Source of the DNA: the human T2T-CHM13v2.0 reference genome, Homo sapiens
NCBI RefSeq assembly: GCF_009914755.1
Contig: NC_060936.1
Strand: one strand, 5' to 3'
Length of the DNA: 64,000 nt
The position numbers were made by a program, and so were the translations under genes. Under the pieces are notes generated by a model. It saw only the letters and a program-made list of their open reading frames with translations, did no database searches and was not told the origin of the DNA. Below are positions 40,769-54,382 of the stretch, piece after piece; positions within the stretch are counted from its first letter, which is position 1; every line of letters begins with the position of its first letter.

Positions 40769-41381
40769 TAAAACTTTATAAAACAGAGAAATCTAGTATA
40801 TTTCTCTTTTTATAATAAAGCAGAAAAGAAGCATTTTTGTTTATAATATGTTCTCAGAACACAAAGTTGTTAAATCATAAAAAGGCACATTTATTACACT
40901 ATATTAATTAAGACAGAAAAGAGAAATTTCAAAAATTGCTTACACACAATTTGACTACCAGTAGAAACTAAAATTGTATTTTGGTTCATGGCACTAATAT
41001 TCAAGTTGTAATGTACAATGGCTCTTTTATCTTAATATTTTAGTATTTTGCATTTTAAATGTCATAAGTGTCATAAGCACACCCTATGGAATCAGTAATG
41101 GGGTACAGATAATGGAAATCAAACAAAAAAAATACCACAAAATCACCCTGCACCAGGTTGTTTTTCTTTTTTAAGATTCTTAACTCTGAGCCAGTTTTAT
41201 TTAGTTGCAGAAGGTGGAAAACACAACTATCAGAGAAGTTTTCTGTATGATCTGGTGTGCATGTGTGTGCTACTTTAATGCTAATAAAATACAACTTAAC
41301 TAAAATAAATTTACATAGAATATATTTCTTATTCTTTTCCACTACCAAGTGTTATTCAAATGAAATTATAGCAGTCCAATC

Positions 41382-41720
41382 CAGTTCTTCATCCTTATTC
41401 ACTTGGGATTGTTTCTAGAAAACCCCACAGATACAAATATCTGCAAATGCTCAAGTCTCTTATATAAAATGGCACAGTAATTGCACATAACCTATGTACA
41501 TCTTCCCATATGCTTTGTCATCTCTAAATTACTTATAGTACCTAATACAATGTAAATGCTATGTAAATAGTTGTTTCATTGTATTCTTTAGGGAATAATG
41601 ATAAGAAAAATGTCTGCGCATGTTTAATACAGATGCAAGCCCGCATTTAAAAAAAATTTTTCAATCTGCAGTTGGTTGAAGCTGTGGGTACAACACCCAC
41701 AGATGTGGAGAGCTGAATAT
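41382..41720 (+). mobile_element. MER2 (TcMar-Tigger)
   Basis: gctcaagtctcttatataaaatggc..tacctaatacaatgtaaatgctatgtaaatagttg..gttggttgaa. Confidence 0.88.
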
Positions 41721-41777
41721 ATTTGATTTAGGCACAGTAACATGAAATATAAAAGAGGAAGAGATATTTTCTTATTT

Positions 41778-42062
<285 letters not shown>

Positions 42063-42166
42063 TATATTTTCTAAATTTTAATCTATCTTTGATCCTTCCC
42101 AATCTTTCTAATAATTAATAGAAAACTTTCTATAACAAATGTATAGTACCTTTAAGACAGACACCA

Positions 42167-42478
42167 GGCCGGGCCAGATGGCTCACGCCTGTAATCCCAG
42201 CACTTTGGGAGGCCGAGGCAGGTGGATCACGAGGTCAGGAGATTGAGATCATCCTGGCTAACACGGTGAAACTCCATCTCTACTAAAAATAAAAAAAATT
42301 AGCCAGGCATGGTGGCAGGTGCCTGTAGTCCCAGCTACTCAGGAGGCTGAGGCAGGAGAACGGCGTGAACCAGGAAGGCGGAGCTGCAGTGAGCTGAGAT
42401 CGCACTACTGCACTCCAGCCTGGGCAACAGAGCAAGATTCCGTCTCAAAAAAATAAATAAAATAAAATAAAAAATAAA
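42167..42478 (+). mobile_element. AluY
   Basis: atcctggctaacacggtgaaac and ggcgtgaacc diagnostics; TSD approximately acagacacca/acaggcacca. Confidence 0.93.
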
Positions 42479-42744
42479 TACAGGCACCAAAGTTCAATAA
42501 TAACCGTTATTATTTAGTATATTTGGATTAGTGACCTGAAGTTTATAATATGAAAAACATATGAATGACTTTCTATTAATATTTTTAGATTTAAAACTTT
42601 TCATATTTTTGATGTTTAGTTTTCACTATCTACAAGATTATTTTCTTTAAAAATCTCTCATAACTTTATAATTTCCATTCAATGTACAGACCTTTTAAGA
42701 TTACCATCTGCAGAGAACAATCATAAAATTGAAACAGCAAAGAA

Positions 42745-44445
42745 AGGTAACTTTCAGAATCACCAGAAATAAATTAGAAATCAGTAACAATAATATAACC
42801 ATAAATCCCAAAATATTTGAAAATTAAACATCACACTTCTAAAAATCTAGTAGCTGAAAATGGAATGATATGAAAATTTTAAAAGATGGGAACAAAATAA
42901 TAATAAAGATACAGCATATAGGACTTTTTGAGACACAGCTAAAGAAGTACCTAGAGGGCAAGACATACTGTTAAATGAAATAAAATAAGAACAATTTAAA
43001 ATCAATGATTGAAACTCTTCCTTAGGAAATTAGAAAAAAAAATCAAAGTTTAAAGTAAGTAGAAGGAAGAAAATAATAAAGATGAGTATAATTCAATGAG
43101 ATTAAAAAAGTTAAAAATAAAGAATATCAATGAACCCTAAAGCAGGCTCTTAGAAAAGATTAATAAAATGTATATGCCTGTAGGTAGATTGCCAAGAATA
43201 CAGGGGGAAGTATAAATTACTAATATCAGGACAAAATGAGTGGTCATATTACAGATTCTACAGACTTTAATAACAAAACAGAGACATATAAACCAACTTT
43301 ATTCCAATGAATTAGATGGCAAAATTAAAATTGATAAATTTCTTGAAACACACAGATTACCAAATATGACCAATGAAAAAATTTAAAACTTGAAAACTCC
43401 TTTCCCTATTAAGCAAATTGAAATTATAGCTTTCATAAAGAAAATGCTATATAGATTAACAGATGAATTCTATCAAACTTTTAAGAGAGAGCATTACCAA
43501 TACAAACACCTCCTCCCTCAAAAAAAAAGAAACTATGATTAGGAAACATGTTTCAACTATATTTACAAGGCTGGTATTTCCTTATACTAAAATGAGGTAA
43601 TTAACAAGAGAAGAGAATTATAAATCTGTCATAATCATAGATGTGAAAATCACTTTAAAATTTAAGCCAATTTAAGTCAATGATATATGTAAAAGGTAAT
43701 ACATAATAAACAAGTGGATTTATTCTATCAATGCAAGGCTGGTTTAAAGTCCAAGATATCAAACAATGTGATTCATCACATGATAAAATAAAAGAGAAAA
43801 CAGAAAAACCCTAAGAGGACTTTAAAAGATCCAAATAAATATTTTAATAAAAGTCTCTGCCCATTCACATTTTAAAAAGGAAAGTAAGGATAATAAAATA
43901 ACCTCTCAGCAAAATAGGAATATGGGGATAGAAGGAAAACATCTTAAACTGACTATGGATGTTGTTAGAAAGGAAAAATCCCACAAAACCATAGATAAAA
44001 TTACACTTTTATCTTAGTGGTATACCTAAGACCAGAGAGAAAACAACAATAATGGTGTATTACCTCTCCTCAACATTATACTAGTGATCCTAGCCAGTGA
44101 AAGAAGGCAAGCAAAAGAAAAAGAGGTACAAAGTTTATAGTGCAAAGAGTATAACTGTTCATATTTTCAGGCAACATGATTATGTACATACAAACACTAA
44201 GGATCTACATAAAATCTTCTTGGCTGAGTCAATTTAGTAAGCTCACAGAATATAAGTTCACTATGCAAAAATTAGTTCTATGTTAATATTAGTAATGAAC
44301 AATTAGAAAAAGAAATTTACCAATCCCATTAAAAATGAAAATAAAATACGTAGAAACAAATGTACCCAAAGTTGTGTTAAGATGTGTATATTGAAACCTA
44401 TAAAACATTATAAAGTAAAATAGAAGACTAAATAGACAGATGTTT
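42745..44445 (+). mobile_element. Old L1ME/L1M4 ORF2 remnant
   Basis: Degenerate sense ORF2 (aagtaagtagaaggaagaaaataataaagat, caatgcaaggctggttt). Confidence 0.8.
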
Positions 44446-44512
44446 ATAGCCCTTAAAACTAATTTGTGTTATGCATTTGTTTTCTAGATCAATTGTTGTT
44501 TGACAATGGTAT

Positions 44513-44811
44513 TTTTTTTCTTTTTTTTTTTTTGAGACGGAGTCTTGCTCTGTCGCCCAGGCTGGAGGGCAGTGGCTCGATCTCAGCTCACTGCAAGCTC
44601 CGCCTCCCGGGTTCATGCCATTCTCTTGCCTGTCTCCTGAGTAGCTGAGACTACAGGCGCCCACCACCACGCCTGGCTAATTTTTTGTATTTTTAGTAGA
44701 GACGGCGTTTCACCGTGTTAGCCAGATGGTCTCCATCTCCTGACCTCGTGATCCGCCTGCCTCGGCCCTCCAAAGTGCTGGGATTGCAGGTGTGAGCCAC
44801 TGTGCCCGGCT
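44513..44811 (-). mobile_element. AluY
   Basis: gcaagctccgcctcccgggttcatgccattctc and caccgtgttagccag; TSD tgacaat(g/a)gtatttttt. Confidence 0.95.
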
Positions 44812-45253
44812 GACAATAGTATTTTTTTCAGAGATATCTACAATGACCTGATAGTTAAGATATTTAATGGATCCTTCACACTTCATACCATCAACATGAA
44901 TCTGATATTGGGAAGCACTGAAATAACCTTCTAACCTATTAGAATAAAAAAAATCTGTCTACCTCCTTCAACTAACCCTGTTTGATATATCTTAGTAATG
45001 TATTTGGGTCACTTAATGTGCATGTTTCCAGAAAGGGATCATCTCCTCTCAGCTGCTTTCTGTGTTAGCATCAAGAAAAAGAGGGAAGAAAGTTGTATGT
45101 ATTTATTTTTTAAATTAGTAATTTCACCCTGTTATTTTCCGGGAATGATGAATCTTTTTTCTCCTAACACTAACTCTAGGCCAGCCTAGTTGGTTACATG
45201 TTATGGGTGGAATTCCAGCAAAAAGTCGATTGGATTAAAATTTGCTCTTGGGA

Positions 45254-45544
45254 CCCACCCAAATCTCATCTTGAATTGTAATCCCCATAATCCCCACATG
45301 ATAACAGAGGGACCTGGTGAGAGGTGATTGAATCATGTAGGCAGTCCCCCCATGTTGTTCTCATGATAGTGAGTGAGTTCTCACGACATCTGATGGTTTA
45401 TAAGTGTTTGGAAGGTCCCCTCTCTCATGCTCTCTCTCACCTGCCACCATGTAAGACATGCCTGCTTCCCCTTCTGCCATGATTGTAAGTTTCCTGAGGC
45501 CTCCCCAGCCATGCAGAGCTCTGAGTCAATTAAACCTCTTTCTT
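45254..45544 (+). mobile_element. MSTA/THE1-family MaLR LTR, truncated at both ends
   Basis: cccaaatctcatcttgaattgtaatcccc..gattgtaagtttcctgaggcctccccagccatg..aattaaacctctttc. Confidence 0.9.
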
Positions 45545-48500
45545 CATCAGTGAAGCCATCCAGTACTGGGTTTTTCTTTGTTGGGGGACTTTTTATTGTT
45601 GTTTCAATCTCAATACTCATTAGACAACTTGATTTGTGGCCTAACTCATTTTTTGTTTTGTTTAGGTTTTCTATTTTCCTGAAATAGAAAAACAAAACAA
45701 ACCAAAAATGAATTCAATCTTAGTAGGTTTTTATGTGCCCAGGAACTTACCCATTTCCTCTAGGTTTTTCAATTTGGTTGTATATAATTGTTTATAGCAG
45801 TCTCTAATAATTCTTTGTATTACTGTGGTTTCAAATGTAATGCTTCCTTCTTCATTTCTAACTTTGAGTATTTTCCTTTTCTTTCTTAGTCTAGCTAAGG
45901 TTTTTATTTTGTTTTTCAACAAACCAACTTTTATTTCATTGATTTTTCTGTTTTTTGTATCAATTTTATTTCTGCTCTCGTCAGTATTATTTCTTTTCTT
46001 CTACTAATTTTGTGTTTAATTTGTTTTTTATTTTCTAGTTTCCTTGGTGTGAATTGTTAGGTTGTTTATTTGAAGTCTTTCTACCGTTTTATGTACGCAT
46101 TTATCTCTTTTAACTTCTCTCATAATACTTCTTTTGCTGTGTCTCATAGGTTTTGGTGTGCTGTGTTTCTCTTTTCAGTTTTTCAAAAAATATTTAATTT
46201 CCTTCTTGATTTCTTCTTTGACCCATTGGTCATTCAGAGTATTTGGTTTAATTTCCATGTGTTTGTAAAGTTTCCAAAGTTTCTCTTGGTTATTGATTTT
46301 TAGTCTTATTCCATTATGGTCAGGAAAAAAATACTAGATATGATTTTTAATTTTTAAAATTTGTTGAGACTTGATTTGTGGCTGAATATACGGCCTATCC
46401 TGAATAATGTTTAACTTGCTGATTAGAAGAATGTGTATTCTAGAGCAGTTGGGTGAAGTATTTTGTTAATGTTTGTTGGGTCCATTTGGTCTATATTGCA
46501 GTTTAAATATAATATTTCTTTGTTGATTTCTTGTTTGTATGATCTGGCCAATGCTGAGAGTGGGGTGTTGAAGTTCTTAGCTGTTATTGTATTGGAATCT
46601 ATCTCTTTGTTTTAATTGAATATTATTTGCTTTATATATCTGGGTGTTCCAGTGTTTGGTGTGTATATATATATATATTTATAATTACTATATACTTTTG
46701 CTAAATTAATCCATTTATTATTATATAATGATGCTCCTTGTTTCTTTTTACAGTTTTTAACTTGAAGTCTATTTTATCTCATGTAAATATAACTAATCCT
46801 GCTCATTTTAAATTTATGTTTGTGTGGAATAGCTTTTTCCATTTTGTCTCTTTAAATCTATGTTTGTCTTTCCAGGTAAAGTGAGTTTCTTGTAGGCATA
46901 CAGTTGGATCTAGCTTTTTTAATTCATTCAGTAAGCCTAACCGTTAAATGAGGAAAATAATTCATGCACATTCAAGGTTATTATTAATAGGTGAGGATTT
47001 ACTGCTGTAATTTTAAAAAAATGTCTTCTTGTTGTTTTTATCTTTCCTCCTTTTATTGCTTATCTTTGTGGTTTGGTGGTTTTCTGTCATAATTACATTT
47101 GCATCATTTCTCATTCTCATTTGTGTATTTGCTCTACTAGTGAGTTTTATATTTTCACATGTTTAAATTGTGATAGTTATCTTTCATTTGCTTTCAGATC
47201 TAAGACTCCCTTAAGCATTTATTGTAAGATTAGTCTAGTGGTGATGAATACCCTCAGATTTTGCTTGTGTGGAAAAGACTATTTCTCCTTCATTTCTGAA
47301 GTGTAGTTTTGCTGAGACTAATAATCTTGGTAGGCTGTTTTTTTTCTTTTTCTTTTTCTTTTTTTTTTTTATCCTTTCAGCTCTTTTAATATATTTTCCT
47401 TTTCTCTCCTGGACAGGAAGGTTTCTGCTGAGGAATGTACTGTCAATCTAGTGGGTATTTCCTTATGTGTTACTTGATGCTTTTCTCATGCTATTTTTAG
47501 AATTCTGTCTTTTTCCTTGACTTTTGACAGTTTGACTATAGTGTGCATTGGAAAGGACCTTTTTCTGTTGAATCTCTTCGGGATCTTTGAGATTTCTGGA
47601 TCTAGGTGTCTATATTTCTCCCAAGACTTTGGAATTTTTTTAGCTATTATCTCATTAAATACTTTCTTTATGCTTTTTCCATCTTTTCTTTTTCTGAACC
47701 TTTCATAATGCTAGTATTTGCTGGCTTAATGATGTCCCATAAGTCCTGAACACTTTTCTTTTATTCTTTTTTTTTTTGCTTTTTGGCTACTGGAGTATTT
47801 TAGAATACTTGCCTTCAAGGTCAGAAATTTTTCTTCTTGATCTAGACTATTGTTGAAGATCACTATTATATTTTAAAATTTCATTCATTGAATTATTCAG
47901 CTCCAAGATTTCTGTTTGTTTCCTTTTATATCTATCTCTGTTGAATCTCATTCAGATAATGAATTGTGTTCCTGATTTCAGTGAATTATCTATCTATACT
48001 CTCTTATATCTTGCTGAGTTTTCTTAAGATTATTATTTTGAATTTCTTTTAAGCATTTCATAATTATTTTCTTTAGGGTCTACTACTGAGGAATTATTGT
48101 GTTCTTTTGGGGTGTTGTTTCCTTGCTTTTTCATGTTTCTTGTGTCACAACATTAAAATCTGTGCCTCCGGTGAAACAGTTGCTTCTTTCAATTTTAGGA
48201 AGCAGCCTTTGTAGGGAAATACTTTTTCCTATATGTGACCTATAGTGTCAGTTGGGTGAGTTCCTTAAGATTTGCTTCTATGTGGATTCAGTAGTGTAAT
48301 CTTTGTGTAATTTTTTCATCTGTAATCAGTGTCATTGATATTTGCAAGTACTTTAGTGGACTAGACTGAAGGTGTTTATGGAGGCAGTGGTGTGACTTTT
48401 CTGGAGATGAAGTCACTGACAGTAGGTGCCTGACAGGCCAGTTCTTGAGCCCTAGGCAGTGTGTGCATGTTGCTAAATAGCTCCACTAGCTAATCATGTA

Positions 48501-49250
48501 GGTTAGCTAGCGGTGGTAGATGCCAGGAAGCCAGCTCCGAGGCCTTGGAAAGCACACATTTCAGTTTTTATGGTTTTGGAGGCAGCTCTCTGCTATGTTA
48601 GATCACCTGGTTTGGGGGACACAGCGTGTTGCACAGGCTGAGGTACAAGGAATATAGCTATACTGCTGGATCCAGCTGGAGTCATGGTGTTACAGCTTAT
48701 TGTGTGCACATGGTGGGATGATGGCTGGGCCCCACAGATATAGAGATGCGGGGGCTACTAGCCCCCAGGACAGCATGCTTTTCAGCAGTGGCTCCATTCT
48801 CCAAATGATACCATGCTACAGCAGCTTGGGTCCTGGGGAGTAGGGGGAACCAGCTGTTTTCTGTCTGGAGCAATTCATCATATGGGCCCCAGGTGGCCCC
48901 CTGTATAGTAAGCTCAGGGCCCGTGAAAATTGTATGACTCTTCTGTAGTTAGAATTGCAGGCATCTGTGGTGGTATTAATAATTAGTCATGGGGACTGCT
49001 GGAGATCTCCCATTTACCTATTTACCACAATGAGGAGTCCCTAATGGCTCTGGGCCAATCCCTGCTGAGTGCTTTGCTTTCCTCTCTATGATGCCACCCT
49101 ATGTTTCCATGTTTCAGAGAGTCTTTGTCACTTCTTTGCAAAATTCCAGTGTTCTCTCTTAAACACTCCATTCAAAATGAAGTTATCTATTTGTTGTTTT
49201 GTTTTATCTTTGTGAAGAAGAGCATTGAACACTTCTAATTAGCCATCTTG
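45545..49250 (-). mobile_element. L1MA/L1M 5' half (ORF2 5' part, ORF1, 5'UTR)
   Basis: ORF2 peptide IQRIIRDCYKQLYTTKLKNLEEM; GC-rich 5'UTR ending in agccatcttg. Confidence 0.88.
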
Positions 49251-49261
49251 ATGATAACAAT

Positions 49262-49398
49262 TCTGGTCATTGTGTTTTGAGGAATAAAGTTCTTTGTCTC
49301 TGACCCAGAGTCTCATATCTTTTGCCATCATCAATAAAATTGTAGAAGCTGAGTAGCTTTCAAGTGGAGTAAATCTTTGACCCTTCAGTTTTTGATAC
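49262..49398 (+). mobile_element. ERVL-class LTR 3' end (LTR40/41-like)
   Basis: aataaagttctttgtctctgacccagagtctc..gtaaatctttgacccttca. Confidence 0.55.
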
Positions 49399-49399
49399 A

Positions 49400-52370
49400 A
49401 TGTTGAAAAAAAAGTGCTTAAAGTAGACATTTTTCTTGTTCCTGATATTAGGGAAAACAGATTTAGTATTTTATTCTTAGTTATGATAATATCTACGGTA
49501 TTTTTTCATAGATGACCTTTTTATCAAGTTGAGAAAGCTTCTTTTCATACCAGCTTTGCTGGAGTTTTATGATAAATGTCTTATGGATTTTGTCAAATGC
49601 TTTTGTTATGTCTATGAAGATGATTGTCATTTTTTAGTCTTTTAGTAGGAAGAATTTCACTGATTGATTTTTAAATGCTATCACCCATGCATTAATGAGA
49701 TAATCTCCCACTTATTTATATTTTATCCTTTTTTTTTTTTTTTTTTTGAGAGACGGAGTTTTTCTCTTGTTGCCCAGGCTGGAGTGCAATGGCGCGATCT
49801 CAGCTCACCGCAACCTCAGCTCACCGCAACCTCCACCTCCCAGGTTCAAGCAATTCTCTTGCCTCAGCCTGCGGAGTAGCTGGAATTACAGGCATGAGCC
49901 ACAATGCCTGGCTAATTTTGTATTTGTAGTAGAGACAGGGTTTCTCCACGTTGCTCAGGGTGGTCTCAAACTCCCGACCTCAGGTGATCCGCTCGCCTCG
50001 GCCTCCCAAAGTGCTGGGATTACAGGCGTGTGCCACCACGCCTGGTCTTTATCCTTTTTGTATATTATTGAGTTTAATTTGCTAAATCATTGTCAAGGTT
50101 ATTTTACATCTAGGTGTATAAGGGATTTTTTTTTTTTTTAATTTTAGTACTGTTGGTTTTTGGCATCAGGATAATTAGGACCTTATAGAATAATTTGGGA
50201 AATATCCCCTCCAATTTAACCTGGAAGAATTTGTGTATAATTGGTATTATTTCTTCTTTAATTGTTTGGTAGACAATTCATTAATATTTAAATTTCTTTT
50301 TTCCCATATAATCATTTATAGCCATATTTTTTTCCTAAACTTTAGGTGCATTCTTCAATTAGAGATACATTGTGTTTTCTTTATCAGTCAATACAAAGTA
50401 TTTTCTTATTCTCTTGGGGCTTTCACCATGGAATATTTAGAAGACTGTTCTGTAAATCTGGGATTTTTCAAACATTTTCCCTTACTGTTTTTTTTTATTT
50501 CATTATGATAAGTGAATATACTTTATATATTTTCAATTTTTCTATATTGTTTGAGACTTATGTACTGTTTTAGAATATATCTTAGTAAATGTTTCATGTA
50601 AAGTTGGAAAACATGAGTATTCTCTTACTTTTGGGTATAGTATTTTGAATATGTCAATTAGATCAAGTTATATTATAATGCTATCTAGGTTTTTATAATC
50701 TTAGTAATTTTCTTTCTACTTAAAAAAAATTCCAGAGAGAAAGAGAGATGTTTCAATTCTCCAAATCTGATTGTGATTTATCTATTTCTCTTTTAATTTC
50801 TATTTATTTTTGCACTATTTTTTGAGCTCAGTTGTTTAATATATACACTTTTAGAATTATCTCTTTCAAAGCATTGACTCCTTATCATTATGAAATTTTC
50901 CTCCTTATCTTTGGTAATATCTCTTTTTCTGAAGTTTATTTAGATGTCAATATAATTATTCCACATTTCTTGTGAGCAAATATTGCATAATAAAATATTT
51001 TTATTCTTTTTCTCTTAATTTATTTTTGTCAGTAGTCAAGCCAAGTTTCTTGTAGACAGCATGTAATTGGGCCTTGCTTTCTATTCAGTTTAACAATTTA
51101 TTTCTTTTAATTTTTTTGTTTGGACTCTATTTAATATAATATAAATCTGTTTTATTTAAATATCTCATCTTGCTGTTTCTCATCTGTTTTTCTCATCTGT
51201 TTTTGTAAATTTTCCCCTTTTTAAATTATTAATATTTTTATGCATTTTATTTTATCTCCTCTATTGGCTTATTTGCTATCTCTCCTTGTTTTTATTTTCT
51301 TTGCTTGTTTTGTTTAATGGATACTGTTGGGATTATAACATATACCTTTAATTTATGAGAGTACATCTTTCAATAGCATTATACAAGTTCACATATCACC
51401 CTACATTATACTGAAATTTCCCCATCTCATCATTTATGCTGTCATTTTAATGCCTTGTATTGTTTCATTCTTTATAAATCCTGCAAAATGTTACCACTGT
51501 GTTTTGCTTTGCACAGTTAATTATCCTTTAAATAATTTAAAAATGATTTTAAATATGCCACATTAACCCCATTTTCACCATTTCCAGGACTTTTCTTTCT
51601 TTGTGTAAATTCAATTTTCCACTAGTATCACTATTTCCACTTCTTTTAGCGTGTCTTATAAGGTAAGACTGCATCATTAATTATTCCAGCCTTCCTTTTA
51701 AAAAGTTTTCATTTTCCTTTATTTTTGAAAGATATTTTGGCTAGATATGCAATTGTAGATCTACAGTATTTTTTCAGCACTGTTGATATGATTTGTCTTC
51801 TTGTTTGCATAATTTCTGTTGAGAAAATTGCTGCTATTCATAAATATATGTTTTCTTTGAGTGTGCTTATAATTTTTCAATTAAATATTGGTTTTCAGCA
51901 ATTTCATTGTAATATATTTTGGTATTTTGTTGTTGTTTTATTCTGCTTGGGGTTTGTTGAGCTTCTTAGGAATATGGGTTTTCAAACAATTTGGCAGTTG
52001 TATCATCAAATATATGATCCTTAGTCCTTTTCTAGAATACATATTACACATTGGTGCAATTGCCTAAATTGTTCACAGATCATAGAGACTTTTTTCCTAG
52101 TCTTTGTGCTCTCTGTTCTTTATTTAAAACAGTTTCTAACATTAATTCTTTAACTTCATTCATCTTTATTTCTGCAATATCTAATCTATCCTTGTCTGTC
52201 TAGTGAACTGATCACTTCAGATTTTGTGTTTTTTAATCTCTTGAAGTTTAAATTTTTGGTCTTTAATTTTTCATCACGTATTTTGTTTTCTTTACATTAT
52301 TGAGGGTCTTTAAAATTGTTATTTTAATGTTTATTATTTAGTGTTTATAATTTCATCATCTGTTATTTCT
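49400..52370 (-). mobile_element. Old L1ME remnant (ORF2 to ORF1)
   Basis: Degenerate antisense L1 motifs throughout. Confidence 0.72.
49728..50047 (-). mobile_element. AluSp/Sq-like with an internal 16-bp duplication
   Basis: ctcttgttgcccaggctggagtgcaatggcg diagnostics; ctcagctcaccgcaac present twice; TSD tttatccttttt. Confidence 0.95.
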
Positions 52371-52580
52371 AAGCCATTATACCTTCCAATTAACAGTGCA
52401 CAAGAGTTCCAATTTCTCCACATCCACACCAATATTTATTATTTTGTTTCTTTTTTTTAATACTAGCTATTCTAATAACTGTGAGATGGTATCTTGTGGT
52501 ATTGATATGTATTTCCCTAATGATTAGTGATATTGAGCATATTTTCTTGTGTCAAAAAGACTATATGTATATCCCCTTTG

Positions 52581-52613
52581 GTGCTCGCTTCGGCAGTACA
52601 TATACTAAAATTG
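52581..52613 (+). pseudogene. U6 snRNA 5' fragment (tailless retropseudogene)
   Basis: gtgctcgcttcggcagtacatatactaaaattg matches U6 nt 1-33 with 1 mismatch; 15-bp TSD tgtatatc(c/a)cctttg. Confidence 0.93.
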
Positions 52614-54243
52614 TATATCACCTTTGGAGAAATGTCAGTCAAGTCCTTTGTTCTTTTCTTAATTGGGTTGTTTCATTTTTTGTTGTTGAATTTTAGAAAT
52701 TCTCTAAATATTCTAGATATTGTTTCCTTATTGGATACATGGTTTGCAAATATTTTCTCCCATTCTCTAGGCTGCCTTTTCAGTCTGTGGATAGACATGT
52801 TCTTTGATACACAAATGTAGCTTTTTAAACTTTTTTTTTCTTTTCTTGCCTGTGCCTTGGGTGTCATAATCAAGAAATCACTGCCACATCTAATATCATG
52901 AATATTTTTTCTGTTTTTTTCTAGGATTTTTAGTTTTAGCTTTTATGTTTAAATGTTTAATACATTTCTAGTTAATTTTGTATATGGTTGCAGGTAAGGA
53001 TCCAACTTTATTTTTTTGAGATAATATTCAATTTTATAGCACCATTAGCTGAAAAAAACTGGCCTTTCCCCCATTGAATGGCCTTAGCATTCTTGTTAAA
53101 AATCCTTTGACCATGTTATGTGAGGACTTATTTCTGGGCTCCTTATTCTAATCCATTAGTCCATCTGTCTGTCTGTAATTCTGGTATCACTGTTTTAATT
53201 AAGTTTTGAACTAAAGAACATTGTTGGGATATTAATAGGGATTTCATTGTATCTGTAGATAACTGGGTAGTATTGGCATCTTTAACAATATTAAGCCTTA
53301 CAATCTATGAAAAAGTGCTATATTTCCAGTTCTTATTTAAAAAATTTTTTTTCAACAGTGTTTTTTAGTTTTTATTATACAAGTCTTTCACGTCCTTGGT
53401 TATTCCCAAGTATTGCATTCTTTTTAAGGTGATTATGAATGAAATTGTTCTCATAATTTTCTGTTTAGATTTTTAATTGTTAGTGTGTAGAAATGCCATT
53501 GATTTGGGCTTTGTACTCTGCTACTTTGCTGAATTCATTTATTAGTTCTAACAATTTTTTGTGCAATATTTAGGGTTTCTACATATTATATTATCTGTGA
53601 ATAAAAATAATTTTACTTCTTTATTTCTAATTTGTATGACTTTTATTTCTTTTCCTTGCATTATTGCTCTAGCTAGGATTTTCAGTATCTGTTAAATAGA
53701 AATGATGAAAGCAGGCATCCTTGCCTTGCTCTTGATTTTAGAGAAAATGATTTTGTCTTCAATCATTGAGTATGAGGATCACTGTGGGTTGTTTATACAT
53801 GGATTTTATTATATGGATGAAATTTCCTTCTGTTCCTAGATTGTTGAGAGGTTTTATGATGAAAGCATTTTGAATTTTTTCCTGCATAAATTAAGAAAAC
53901 CATGTGTTTTTCCCATTCATCCTGTTAATGTGATATATTAGAATAATTGATTTTTTGATGTTGAATCATCTGGCAGCATTCCAGGAATAAATCATACTTG
54001 GCTATAATGTATAATTGCTTTAATATGCTGCTGAATTTCGTTTGCTAGTATCTTATTGAGGAATTTTGCATCAATGTTAATGTGGTATATTGGTCTGTTT
54101 TTGTGTTTGTTTCTTTCTATTCTTGCAGTGTTCTTATCTGGCTCTCATATGTAAACAGTGTTGGCCTCATGGAATGAATTACTATTTCCTTCTTTTTAAT
54201 TTTTAAATATTTGATAGGATTCATGAGTGAAATTATCAGAACT

Positions 54244-54382
54244 GTTCATTTTTTTAAATTACAGATTCAATCTCCCTGTTAGGTATGTCTGTTTAGGTCC
54301 ATTTCTTCATGGTTCATTTTTTTAAATTACAGATTCAATCTCCCTGTTAGGTATGTCTATTTAGGTTTTCCATTTCTTCATG
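54244..54382 (+). repeat. Tandem duplication of about 68 bp inside L1
   Basis: gttcatttttttaaattacagattcaatctccctgttaggtatgtct..catttcttcatg present twice, nearly identical. Confidence 0.95.
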
